63,738 bases of DNA, filler included, from Octopus bimaculoides (GCF_001194135.2; 8 parts of 7 records of this genome joined end to end with filler, not necessarily neighbours in it), one strand, 5' to 3'; positions 1 to 11,699 are shown, counted from the whole stretch's first letter. Program-made: numbers and translations. Notes: generated by a model not told the origin, from the sequence alone.

Positions 1-427
1 TGCTGTAATCGGATCCCTACGTCGTCGGGGAATCCATTTACAAACGCCAGCTGCGCCGCTCTGTCCAGGCCTTCTCCCGTAAACCCAGCCAGCGTGGCCA
101 GTCTTCGCACTTCCGCCGCGTATTCATCCACCTGTTCTCCCCCCCATCTAATTGTTCCTAGTTTTGCGAAGGCAGCGTACTCGCTCTCCGTATATGCCTC
201 TCTCAGCCTCCGTTCGACGTTCTCTGCACTCAATCTTTCTTCCTCGTCCATTTCTAGGTAGAGGGTCAGGGCGCTCCCTTCCAAGTACAGAGCCATGAGA
301 CTCGCCACATCGCTTATTCCTTGCAGCTTGGCAATGAGCCTAATTTTTCGTATCCAAGCCATCACATCTCCTTCGCCATTAAAGGCCTGATCACATCGCT
401 GGCGATCCTAATCTTGGTGGCTGCCAT
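1..427 (-). pseudogene. Gypsy/Ty3-type LTR retrotransposon gag, frameshifted, runs off the window start
   Basis: Manual minus-strand translation from ATG at 427: MAATKIRIASDVIRP[1-nt frameshift]NGEGDVMAWIRKIRLIAKLQGISDVASLMALYLEGSALTLYLEMDEEERLSAENVERRLREAYTESEYAAFAKLGTIRWGGEQVDEYAAEVRRLATLAGF. This resembles invertebrate Gypsy gag N-termini. The region is GC-rich relative to the flank. Confidence 0.75.
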
Positions 428-462
428 CGCGGCCAATTTCTGCACGTGGTGCCGAAATAGCT

Positions 463-761
463 TGTGGTGTGTGCGTACGAGTAGATGTAATCGCCTTACC
501 TCGGTTTTCCTTTCCTCGACTGCGAGTCCGTCTTGCGGTATCCGATCCTCGAAGCTTGCCCTGACCCAAGGTACACCAGGTATAGCAGCTGCTTCTCCCA
601 AACCTTCCCAAACCTAGGCCGTCGCTTAACACGTCTTGTCCTGACCGCAGCCCCGTTCGAAAAAGGGCACGAACGCCGATCGAGGCTCCCTCTGCGCTGT
701 TTCCCCTTCCGGTCGACTCGCCCTTCCGGTTAGCCTCCCCAGACACTGACGTCATACCACA
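463..761 (-). mobile_element. Putative 5' LTR (~299 bp) of the Gypsy element
   Basis: GC-rich block bounded by a perfect 6-bp inverted repeat TGTGGT(463-468)...ACCACA(756-761), giving TG...CA ends, immediately upstream of gag. GC content drops abruptly beyond 761. The second LTR is not in the window. Confidence 0.55.
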
Positions 762-1329
762 GTTTACACTTTTTATGTTTCTCGTGAATTTTTCACGGGT
801 CCAGCTAGTTATTATTATTATTATATTTCCTGCAGAGGTGTAAGCACAGGTTTTTGAAGATGCTGCCTGAGTCTCTGTTATAATTATTATTTGTTATTGC
901 TTTGTGTTCTACGTTTCTGCTTAAACTCGTTGTTAAGAACACCAAGAATCTCTTACCTTCAGTTCTGTGGTTGTTTTTGCCCCGTAAGGGGGTAATAGTT
1001 TTACCTACATAAAACGCCCATCTAGTTTGAAGAAAAGAAACAAGCATGCATTCAAGATGGTGTCACCATCTGCCATCACCGCAGCATTGAGAGGGAGGGA
1101 GAGCCACATCTCCCACTAACCCTCTCTCAGACGAAGATTTTCCTCCTCTTCCGTCGCCCTCTCCTCTTGTAGCCTATCAGACGAAGGGTGACAGCGGCAA
1201 CAGCAGCAGCAACAACAACAACACCACAATAACAAACAACAAAGAAGAAAAATCTGACCTGTGAAATAGCACAAGAGGTCAGTAGTAGCAACATCACCAC
1301 CACCAATGGTAGCAGCACAAAGTTAAGCA

Positions 1330-2388
1330 GTGAACAAAGTAAGAATGACCGTCATGCCTTGTCCCGACCACCGTCTGTGGAAGGGATGCGTTCTGATGGT
1401 CAGGCGGTCTATCTGCTGTCAACACCCACTATGTGATGGCCTGGGCATGCTGTGGTTGATGATGTGCAGACATGCTCTGAGGCTAAGACATCTCCAGCAT
1501 TTTATAGAGGATTAGTGGAGGGAAAGTGCGACGACTTTCATGAGGTGACCTTAGGTGTGGAAGAAGATCAGCTAGCTGATCTTTTCTGGAGAATTTTCGG
1601 TCTGGTACCAATGGATAATTTCCAAAAATCTCTGGCCTGGCAGTGCTACCAGGGAGCTTGGCCTGTTCGAGATAAGCTTTACAGGTACAGAAATGCCACC
1701 AGCCGAGCATTTCCGAGATGCACACAGGACGATGAGACAGTCCTGCATGCACTCGTCCAGTGCCTGAGCATTGTTGACCTGTGGGTTTATGTCGCACACT
1801 CGCTGTCACGTGTAGGACGGATCCGGCTTTCAACTGAATTCATCGTGAAGGCCCCGCCATCTTCCTTTACTGGGAAGGTAAGGCTGTGTTTATATGCCTG
1901 ATGACCATGGTGAATGAGGTTGTATGGTGGGCGAGACAGAAGGGGCTGAAGACAAACACTTTTCTCTTTGGCCAATCCTTAATCAACTTCTTCAAGTTTT
2001 ACTTGTAAAGGAAAATAAAAGTAGAGAGGGAAGTGTTGTATTTTAGCCAGTTTGCTCAAAGGTGGATGAAAGTAGTGAGAATGGTGCGAGTGAACGAACC
2101 TACCCTGAACAGACATTTGTAGTTGGAGAAAAGGAAAGAGAAAAAGAAAGCACCTGCTCCAAAAGTCAGGGTACCCGTGATTTTTATGGGTTTTTTCCCC
2201 ATGAGCAGCTCTCAAATGTCTCCTCCCTATTGTGGAATACACATTGTTGAATTTGTTTTTTTCTTTGTTTACACACAAAACTCTCACAACAACACACTCA
2301 CACACAGTCTTTGTTTTGTCCTGTATTGTCCATTATGTAAACCTTTTGTGGTTAATAATGAAAAGAGAATTATTATTATTATTATTAT
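1330..2388 (+). mobile_element. Tx1/L1-clade LINE 3' fragment (ORF2 C-terminal zf-RVT region, 3' UTR, (ATT)n tail)
   Basis: ORF 1452-1901 contains FQKSLAWQCYQGAWPVRDKLYRY...FPRCTQDDETVLHALVQC (decayed CCHC zf-RVT). It continues in a shifted frame to ...RWMKVVRMVRVNEPTLNRHL* near 2120, followed by a T-rich UTR ending in (ATT)n at ~2370-2388. Confidence 0.8.
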
Positions 2389-2944
2389 AGACGTTGCACA
2401 GTATACAATATTGTGAGGTTGTTGACTGAAGATTTTGTGTCAACTGGGGGTTTGTACTGTTTGTCAAGTCACAACAAGGACCTCAGACCGACAGTACTTC
2501 ATGCAATATGCATGCAATTCTAAGTAATGCTGACTTTTGCAATACATCTAGATTGTAGGGGAAATCAAAGTCTTAGAGGATTTTTGCCTTCCCTTTTCCG
2601 GTGTATGTTGGTGCCAAGCACCTGTAACCTCATATCGATACTTACGGCATAGTAGCCAGTGGAGGTTTTGGGCTACCCTTTTGTGAGCCACACTTACTAC
2701 TACTACTACTGCTGCTACCACTGCTGCTGCTGCCACTACTACTACTATTACTACTACTGCTGTTGCTACCACTGCTGCTGCTGCCACTACTACTACTGCT
2801 ATTGCTACTACTGCTGCTTCTGCTACTACTGTTAACTGGAACGACTCATGTACTGAGAAGAGCATTATCGCTGTGAAAACAACATCTATTCATGAATTTA
2901 TTTATTTATTAATTTTTTTAAGTACATATTTTACCTGTGAATTT

Positions 2945-3100
2945 CCTGTGCAAGACTTTCACACGCACTAACAATGTGAGTCATGCTTTCGATCCTCTTC
3001 CCACACATTCTGCAGAAGTCCGTTGCACTGGTGTGATATATATACTTTTTCAATGACTTGGTATTCAATGCCTGGTCCTGGTATTCTTTTTTTATGTCGT
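2945..3100 (-). pseudogene. R4/Dong-like (RLE) non-LTR retrotransposon zinc-knuckle fragment
   Basis: QDQALNTKSLKKYIYHTSATDFCRMCGKRIESMTHIVSACESLAQE is the CxxC...H...C knuckle that precedes the restriction-like endonuclease in RLE elements. Confidence 0.75.
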
Positions 3101-3104
3101 CCTT

Positions 3105-3338
3105 ATTATTATTATTATTATTGTTTTTTTCTTCTTTCTTCAAATCTTCTTCCACTTCTCGCCGAGTGTTTTCCATACACCTAGGCCAGAGAAACTCATT
3201 GTATGCATTCTCAGTTTACACATGCAAATTCACAGGTAAAATATCTACTTAAAAAAATTAATAAATAAATAAATTCATGAATAGATGTTGTTTTCACAGC
3301 GATAATGCTCTTCTCAGTACATGAGTCGTTCCAGTTAA
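3105..3338 (-). mobile_element. R4/Dong-like element 3' end with (AAT)n tail
   Basis: Encodes ...LTGTTHVLRRALSL*, then a UTR ending at (AAT)n. Near-identical to 58530-58745, where it is contiguous with RLE coding sequence. Confidence 0.7.
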
Positions 3339-4789
3339 CAGTAGTGGCAGCAGCAGCAGTGGTAGCAACAGCAGTAGTAGTAATAGTAGTAGTAGTAGTG
3401 GCAGCAGCAGTGGTAGCAGCAGCAGTAGTAGTAATAGTAGTAGTAGTGACAGCAGCAGCAGTGGTAGCAGCAGTAGTAGTAGTAATAGTAGTAGTAGTGG
3501 CAGCAGCAGCAGTGGTAGCAGCAGCAGTAGTAGTAATAGTAGTAGTAGTGACAGCAGCAGCAGTGGTAGCAGCGGCAGTGGTAGTAGTAGTAGTAAGTGT
3601 GGCTTTTGTAATTTTTTTTTTAGTTTTTGGAGTGGGATGGGATCCGATTGGTCAGAACAACAGCAACAGTGACCTTGACCTTAAGAAAAATTAAGGAAGG
3701 GCCAACTTACTCTGTTGTATTATTTGTGAATAGAGAAGTTGTGTTCCACCAGAGAGAATCTATTATTATTATCATTATTATTATTTTTATTTTTCCCATG
3801 CATTTATGTTATTGCAATAAAAGGTATGTTTGCATATTTCGGGTAGTCAGGGAGAAAATAAATGTTATATTGTAGAAATTAAAGTTGACTTTTCTAGAGA
3901 TGTTCCTTTGTATGTCCAGTTAGAGAAAACAGTTGTGTTTTTGCAATAAAAAGGATGCTTACATTTTTGAATACTCAGGGAGAAAAGAAAGAAAAGACAA
4001 GAAGAGTCAAATTTTCACAGAAAGTTTTAAGATTCACCAAAGATGGTCTTTTGTATGTTCACACAGAGAAAACTATAATGTGTCTGTAGCTGATCATTTT
4101 TTATCTTTTATTTTGTAAAAGAGGAATATTTAAAATTTTTCATTTGCACCTTGGATGTCTTGATGTTTACAACCTGAAACATTTCTAAGAGATGAATCAT
4201 TAATTGCTCTGTATGCATGTTTACACGCCTCCCCTGCCTTCTCTCTGTACTTCAAAAATGGAGCACTGCTTTTATAACTTTCATTTTAAATCCAGTCCTA
4301 CTAAAAAAATAGGTAAAGAAAAGATTATTTTCTCTACTAACACAAGTCAGCACTTTCAGTACTTCCTCAGGCAATTTATACATTCAGTCCTTGTATTGTA
4401 ATTCTTGGAAAAGAGAAAAAAAATTCAAACTGATTTTCATTATTTCTTTACATACAAATATAGATGTTACATACATACAATACATACACTCTTCTAAAGC
4501 AAGCATACACAAACTCACATCCACATACACGCACGCATGCACACACACATACACACAGTATTAAGTTAGACATGACCAACACTCTTTCCTGTTTACGGTG
4601 CTTTTATTGTTTACTTCCCTGTTCTTTTGTGCTTTATTCTGTCATATGAATGCACTTTTGACTAAGCTTGCTGTCATCCTATACTTAATTCACTGCGGCT
4701 TACTGTCTTAAGCTCATTATTATAATAATTATATATATATATATTTATATGTATGTATGTATGTACATATTTATATAGAGGTTGACAGA

Positions 4790-5455
4790 GAAAGTAGTCT
4801 TTGTGAGTGGCAGATATGAAGGTGCAATAAACTCTGGGAATATACAGAAAATAGATTTGATCAAATGCCCAGTGGAATAATTAGAAATAATAGGTCACTA
4901 AACAGGTAGTGGAGATGGTTGCTTTAAGAGCATAGTTGCGGAAATATGAATGGGATGGGCATGTTCAGAGAGCTTCTACTTTTGTTCATAACAAAGGGCC
5001 GATCCCTGAGAGTGAAAGGCATATTGTATGGTGTTTGTATGTGAATAGCCATGCTACGTGGCAGTGAAACATGGACTGTGGCTGCAGAGGATGTGCATAG
5101 GCTTGAAAGAGAATGAAGCTAGTATGCTCTGCTGGATATGCAATGTCAGTATGCATGTATCTTAAGAGAACAACTAGGTCTAAGAGGCATCAGATGTAGT
5201 GTGCAAGAGAGAAGACTGCCCTGGTATGGTCCATGTGATGAATATAGACAGGGACAGCTGTGTAAAGAAGCGCCGGTGACATGTAAAAGACACCCAGTAC
5301 TATCTGTGGAGTGGTTGGCATTAGGAAAGGCATCCAGCTGTAGAAACCAAGTCAAGACAGCTCTCTGGTCTACCAGCTATAGTCAGACCATCTTACCCAT
5401 GCCAGTATGGAAAATGGATGCTAAATGATGATAATGATGATGATGATGATGATGA
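4790..5455 (+). mobile_element. RTE-clade LINE RT C-terminal fragment plus shared 3' tail ending in (GAT)n
   Basis: FRELLLLFITKGRSLRVKGILYG...AMLRGSETWTVAAEDVHRL...LREQLGLRGIRCSVQERRLPWYG, followed by the GAGTGGTTGGCATTAGGAAAGGCATCCAGCTGTAGAAAC...(GAT)n tail. Confidence 0.75.
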
Positions 5456-5473
5456 TATATATATATATATATA

Positions 5474-6040
5474 TCATCATCATCGTCATCGTTTAACATC
5501 CGCTTTCCATCCTAGCATGGGCTGAATGATTTGACTGAGGACTGGTGAAACCAGATGGCTGCACCAGGCTCCAATCTGATCTGGCAGAGTTTCTACAGCT
5601 GGATGCCCTTCCTAACGCNNNNNNNNNNCTGGCAGAGTTTCTACAGCTGGATGCCCTTCCTAACGCCAACCACTCCGAGAGTGTAGTGGGTGCTTTTACG
5701 TGCCACCGGCATGAGGGCTAGCTGGTGGCACATGAAAAACAACATTCAAACATGGTTGTTGCCAGTGCTACTGGACTGGCACCTGTGCAGGTAGCACGTA
5801 AAAAAACACCTTTTGAGCATGGTCGCTGCCAGAACCGCTTGACTGGCCCTTGTGCTGGTGGCACTTAAAGCACCCACTACAGTCTCAAAGTGGTTGGCCT
5901 TAAGAAGAGCATCCAGCTGTAGAAACTTTACCAGAACAGATTGAGCCTGGTGCAGCCTTCTGGCTCATCAGTCCTCAGTCAAACCATCCAACACATGCCA
6001 GCATGGAAAGCGGATGTTAAATGATGACGACAATGATGAT
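5474..6040. mobile_element. Two RTE-tail SINE copies head-to-head (minus ~5474-5720, plus ~5830-6040)
   Basis: GCACCCACTACA...GTGGTTGGC.TTAG.AAG.GCATCCAGCTGTAGAAAC...CAGTCCTCAGTCAAA...CATGC.AGCATGGAAAGCGGA.GTTAAA.GATGA occurs in both orientations. Confidence 0.8.
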
Positions 6041-6247
6041 ATATATATATATATATCAGTGGTGTGCGGTGACTTCTGAGGTTAGCCATGCAATAAATAC
6101 TTGGCACATATGTAACCTTCCCCTACAATGGAAATCCACATTTTGGGCTATGGAGATTCTGAATCTGAAAAAAAAAAATGGTGAAAATCACAACTTTAAA
6201 ATTTCAATCCTCCCTATTTCTTTATTTATCACTTTTTTCAGAACTTT

Positions 6248-6347
6248 NNNNNNNNNNNNNNNNNNNNNNNNNNNNNNNNNNNNNNNNNNNNTTAATTAAT
6301 TAANNNNNNNNNNNNNNNNNNNNNNNNNNNNNNNNNNNNNNNNNNNN
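6248..6347. other. Synthetic assembly spacer 44N-TTAATTAATTAA-44N; the 12-mer core is at 6292 here and at 27348, 35688, 51839, 54092, 59772, 62680
   Basis: An identical 12-mer with stop codons in all six frames is centred in exactly 100 bp, seven times. Confidence 0.95.
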
Positions 6348-6416
<69 letters not shown>

Positions 6417-6784
6417 CTATCTCTCGCAAGTGGCTATGACATGCATCTTGCTCTCTGTAATAGTTGGAGTACCTCTGTTATGAAGAACAGATAAGCAGAT
6501 ATAGAAACTCTCTGGGTGTCTAAAGCTATTAAGTAAGTGGCATATCTACGATGTGACCGCTGGAAGTCATAAGTGGCATCACAGATACTAACTTTAATCT
6601 GGATTGGAGTCTAGTGAAATGAATTGCTTTGATCATACCACTTAAGGCGTCGAATTCCATAACACTACCTATCTATCATCACACATTCGCAATCCGGTAA
6701 ACATAACAGACTCTATACATTGCACACACATACACAGATATATATGTTTACGTAAATATAACACACACACACACACACACACAT

Positions 6785-6817
<33 letters not shown>

Positions 6818-7649
6818 CACACAGAAAAAAATATATATACATCTAGGGACATATGCACACACACGCGCGGACACACACACGCACGCACACACACTCACAT
6901 ATGTGTATGTGTGTTTGCCTAAATTTAGTAATGAGTTCACAGGCTAGAAACATTCTCTTTTATGTGTAATTTTTCATGTCTTTCCAATGTTTTTTCGTGT
7001 GTATGGAATAGAAAATACAATTTCAGTGTGATATAACCAAAATTCCAGCGTGTATGCCATTCTTTCTTTCATTGGGGCTTATCTTTAAGATGCAAAAGGT
7101 ATTCAGCAGTCTTTGAAGAGGGAAGTAAAAACTGATAAGCACCGTAGCCTTCAATTTTAAATATCTTATTTGTCGTTGCATTCATCCTAATTTTAAATGG
7201 CTTCCATGTCGTTAATGTCTTTGAAAACGAAAAAAGCCTTATCGTTCAATCTATTGTATTTCTGAAATCTTTTGAACATGTAAGAAACAAACCAACGTGT
7301 CATCATCTACACAATGGATCAACATGTTTAAAATTTGTTTTCTAGATTTAACAACCGAACATTACTCATTTCAATTCTTAATCTCTCAAAGTAGGGAGGA
7401 TGTATTTTTCAAAGTAGACGCCGGTGTGCAAAGCAGACGGGATATTTCCAGCTGTTTTTAGCTGGGGTACCAACGGAATACAGGCCTTCTCGATCAGGGC
7501 TGAATTGGAGATAAACACTTATACTAAATACAGGGACACTCAAATTGTATTTATAATGCTGAATATCATAGATTTAAATTCCAGAAGTGAAAATCACTCA
7601 AGCCATTTTAATTTTCTTTGCTACTTCAATATATTTATGCCACTATCAT

Positions 7650-7791
7650 GAGGTTCCGCTGGCAGAATCGTTAGAGCACCAGACAGAGTCATTTGCAGCA
7701 TTTCGTCCGACACATTGGTAGATCAATTCCGCCACGGTCAAGAATGCCTTTTATTAATTTGAAGTCGATCTAAATAAGTACCAGTTGCGCA
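7650..7791 (+). mobile_element. Degenerate tRNA-derived SINE (Deu/Nin-domain-like family)
   Basis: CTGGCAGAATCGTTAG head, CAATTCCGCC B-box remnant, and GTCGAT..AAATAAGTACCAGTT body as in other copies. Confidence 0.6.
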
Positions 7792-8918
7792 TTTCCATTT
7801 AAAACTGCTAACGTTGTGACAAAATTGGAAAGAATTATTTAAAATGATGTTTGCTTTTTACTTGATAAAGTAAAAAACTACTCAATTTCCATATAATGAA
7901 TTACATCTTGCCCGAATTTGGGGTCTATATGGGAAAAGGGCGTGGATTGGTAGAATCTCTAGGGTGTGCAACGAAAATCTCATACAGTATTTGTATCCGT
8001 ATAGTAATGGAGGCGAATCCTAAAGAGGGCGATTTTTGTTTTTAATTTTTCCTTATTTTCCTCGAGACGATGAAGCCGACTACTTTATTGCAACGTGCCC
8101 TTAGAACTCATCACATTTTTCTTATTTAATCAGTCTGTCTTGTACTACACATCAGTACATCCAAGACATTTGGTTTCATTTGGTCGGATTTGGGAAATGT
8201 ATGCTAAATGATGAGAAATTGGTAGTCTTTAGTGAAAGCTACTACATTTTTTTGGAGTCAAGGCACACAGTGAGAACATCTTGTGTAACATTGTTGATGC
8301 TGAGAGAGTAAGAGGAAAAGTGAGAGTGAGATAGAGAGAGAAGAATCAGATCCATAGAGAGATTGAGAAGAATCAGATCTAGTGTTTGGCGGATACTTTT
8401 ATAAACTCCGAAAGCATAAAAAGCAAAATTAGCTTCAGCCGAATTTGAACTCATAAACTGAATAACTGAAGCATCGAGCACAAAGCATTTGTCAGAGTAT
8501 TCCATCAATTGTTAGTCCGAGTATTAACTCTCGTTTCCAATGAAACCGTCTAGCGCCATCTATTGTCATTTCAATTCATTTTTGTGTTCCCGCTTCTAAG
8601 TGCGAAATCAATATTCTTTTTAAAAACTGTTTTCTAGATCGATTCGTCAGTTTTGTATTCAGCACTTTCTGCATCCTGTTTGAAGAATTTCAATGACGGA
8701 TTATTTTCTTATCTCTTGTTTCTATAATTTAAAATATTTTCATACTCTAGCATGGCCTTAAATGTGATGGTTAAACCAAACAAAAGATTAAAGAACTAAT
8801 CGATTAAAACGAATTTACAGCTACTTTGGCACTGTGATATTGAAGCAGTGTGTGTACAGTTAGGTCAGCGTTTCTCAACATCGGCGATTTTACTCCCGCC
8901 TGGCATGGTGTTGATATT

Positions 8919-9736
8919 CTTTTCTAATCTAGGCACAAGGCCTGAAATCTTTAGGGCGGGAGATAGGCGATTAGATCGACCCCAATTAGTAAGTGGTACT
9001 TAATTCATCGACCCGAAGAATGAAAGGCAAAGTCTACCGCGACGGAATTTGAACTCAGAACACAAAGACAGACGAAATACCTCTAAGCATTTCGCCCGGT
9101 GTGCTGACGTTTCTTATTTCTTTATTGCCCACAAGGGGCTAAACATAGAAAAGACAAACAAGAACAGACAAAGGGATTAAACCGATTATATCGACTCCAG
9201 TGCGTAACTGGTACTTATTTAATCGACGCCGAAAGAATGAATGGCAAAGTCGACCTCGGCAGAATTTGAACTCAGAACGTAATGGCAGACGTGCTAACGT
9301 TTCTTATTTCTTTATTGCCCACAAGGGGCTAAACATAGAGGGGGCAAACAAGGACAGCCAAACGGATTAAGTCGATTACATCAACCCCAGTGCATAACTG
9401 GTACTTAATTTATCTACCCCGAAAGGATGAAAGGCAAAGTCGACCTCTACGGAATTTGAACTCGTGCTAACGTTTCTGCCAGTAACGGCGTGCTAACGTT
9501 TCTTATTTCTTTATTGTCCACAAGGGGCCAAACACAGAGGGGACAAATAAGGACAGACAAAGGGATTAAGTCGATTACATCGACCCCAGTGCGTAACTGG
9601 TACTTATTTAATCGACCCCGAAAGGATGAAGTGCTAAGTCGACCTCGGCGGAATTTGAACTCAGAACGTAGCGGCAAACGAAATACCGCTAAGCATTTCG
9701 CCTGGCGTGCTAATGATTCTGCCAGCTCGCCGCTTT
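8919..9736 (-). mobile_element. Array of four head-to-tail tRNA-derived Deu/Nin-like SINE units within one 18-bp TSD
   Basis: Repeated body GAGTTCAAATTCCGCCGAGGTCGAC...CATCCTTTCGGGGTCGA...TAAGTACCAGTT. Junctions at ~9110, ~9299 and ~9498. Flanks are TGGCATGGTGTTGATATT (8901-8918) and TGGCGTGGTGTTGATATT (9737-9754). Confidence 0.85.
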
Positions 9737-10180
9737 TGGCGTGGTGTTGATATTGATGAGGTAAGTAAAACTTCGTGGATATTGAGAAGGTTGTACTAGA
9801 ACCTATTTGGAAAGCGAGTTCATTCAATCACTACCTTGTAATGAGGGCAGTCTTTTGTAAAATCGTGCCACTTTTACCTGGCATTTTGATAATCTGTTGC
9901 TGGTATTATTTTGTTTCGCGGCAGCAGAAGTGTATTTTTTGTTAACCCTATGCTGCAATAGACTTTATCAACATGATTATATTTTATTGCACTTAAGAAT
10001 TATTGCTTTGTGTTGATATTGCTGTTCATTTATTATGGTCGAATTTCTTATTGGCAATGAATAATACCAGCTGTTGATGCCTCTGAATTTCCATATATAA
10101 AAAAAAAAACACTGAGTAGCAGTCAATGTGGAATGTAAGGATTCGACTTAAATGAAATCCTGTTCAAGGGCGGTGAGAGT

Positions 10181-10374
10181 CTCTTTTACTCTTTTACTTG
10201 TTTCAGTCATTTGACTGAGGCCATGCTGGAGCACCGCCTTTAGTCAAGCAAATCGACCCCAGGACTTATTCTTTGGAAGCCTAGTACTTATTCTATCGGT
10301 CTCTTTTGCCGAACCGTTAAGTTACGGGGACGTAAACACACCACCACCGGTTGTCAAGCGATGCNNNNNNNNNN

Positions 10375-10417
<43 letters not shown>

Positions 10418-10581
10418 CATATATATACGACGGGGTTCTTTCAGTTTCCGTGTACCAAATCCACTCACAAGGCTTTGGTCGGCCCGAGGCTATAATAGAA
10501 GACACTTGCCTAAGGTGCCATGCGGTGGGAAGGAATCCGGAACCATGTGGTTGGTAAAACCAAGCTACTTACCACACAGCC
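10181..10581 (-). mobile_element. Full-length tRNA-derived SINE (Meta-domain-like family) with internal (TA)n and a 10-N gap
   Basis: Head TGGCTGTGTGGTAAG...GGTTCCGGATTCC, central GCCGACCAAAGCCTTGTGAGTGGATTTGGTA..CGGAAACTGAAAG, tail CAGTCAAATGACTGAAACAAGTAAAAGAG. Confidence 0.85.
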
Positions 10582-10705
10582 AATGATTTTACAACCGTAA
10601 CATTATTATAAAACTTACATATTTTCCTTAACAATATCACCTGGAGATATATGAATAAAATACCAATAAGTTTGAAAGACTGAACCTGTTGAATAATTGT
10701 TTCTA

Positions 10706-10885
10706 ATCGTTTCAAATTTTGGCACAAAGCCAGCAAAGTCAGAAGCAGCTTGGTCGATCACGTCGACCTCAGTACTTGGCTGGTACTAATTGTTTCGTTG
10801 TTCGAACTCAGGACGTAAACGGTATGTAAAGAAACGCCGCTAAGTTATTTTTCCGACACGCTAATGACTCAACCAACTCATCGTT
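10706..10885 (-). mobile_element. Degenerate Deu/Nin-like SINE
   Basis: TTCAAATTTTGGCACAA tail, TGGTACT body and GAACTCAG.ACGTAAA head remnant, as in 13733-13936. Confidence 0.55.
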
Positions 10886-11699
10886 TTGTTGTCATTTCCA
10901 AGTGCTTTTGTTAAATTCGAAGTTATCAGAAAAAAAAAAAAAGACTTCCATTTTTTTAAGTGGTAATTCTTAAGTTTTACCTTTTAATTAATTTTTATCC
11001 TTATTATATGTAAACCACTATCAGAGAAGTATCCTTCATTTTATTTCATACTGCAATCAACCGAAGCTTGGAATGTCTTTTATTCTAATCCTACATTAAG
11101 ATAAAAGGGTTTTATACAAATATCGCTATTATAGTTAGGTTCATAAAAAAGAAGTGAAAACAGGAAAGTGTCGTCGATTTTCAAGTAAATATTTAAAATG
11201 GAGAATTATTCCATCCATTAATAGTGAGATGTTTCCAATATATTTATTATGAGCAAAAAAAAAACAAAAGAAGAAAAATTCACAAATGAAGGACTAAAAC
11301 TATCAAGAATGATTGATCATTTACAAACAAACCATCCACAGATTAAAGCGAAGGAGGAAGTAAGAAACTTTCGATGTTTGTAAAATAAATTTTGAAATCG
11401 ATCTACAATTAATGAGTTCATTGAAAACAAAATAGCCTATCAGGGAGAGAGAAAGGGAGGGAGAGATAGATAGATAAAAAGAAAGAGAAAGAGAGAGAGA
11501 AAATGAGAGAGATAAAGACCGAGAAGAAAAAAGTAACGGGGAGAAAGAGGTGACAGGAAGGGAGGAGAATTAGAAAATTTCAAATTAATGGTGAAATGTA
11601 GAAAACATCTACACTTAGTGTAACTCGTCTTACGAGCTGTAATGAAGATATTAATAGTATGAGAGGCCCTGATCAAAGCAATATAATATCGCTAATTCT

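Larger units (their letters stand above)
2686..3604. repeat. Inverted duplication: arms 2686-2944 and 3226-3604, 281-bp spacer
   Basis: Both arms contain AGCCACACTT + (CTA/CTG)n + GTTAACTGGAACGACTCATGTACTGAGAAGAGC...TTTACCTGTGAATTT in opposite orientations. Microsatellite lengths differ between arms. Confidence 0.9.

Noticed and set aside
321-755. ORFs 321-617(+), 362-601(-), 408-755(-), 533-733(+) as genes
   Set aside because: They overlap the LTR/gag remnant. Only the frameshifted gag reading is supported by protein resemblance.
5582-5667. 38-bp direct repeat across a 10-N gap
   Set aside because: The identical flanks indicate an unmerged contig overlap rather than a real duplication.
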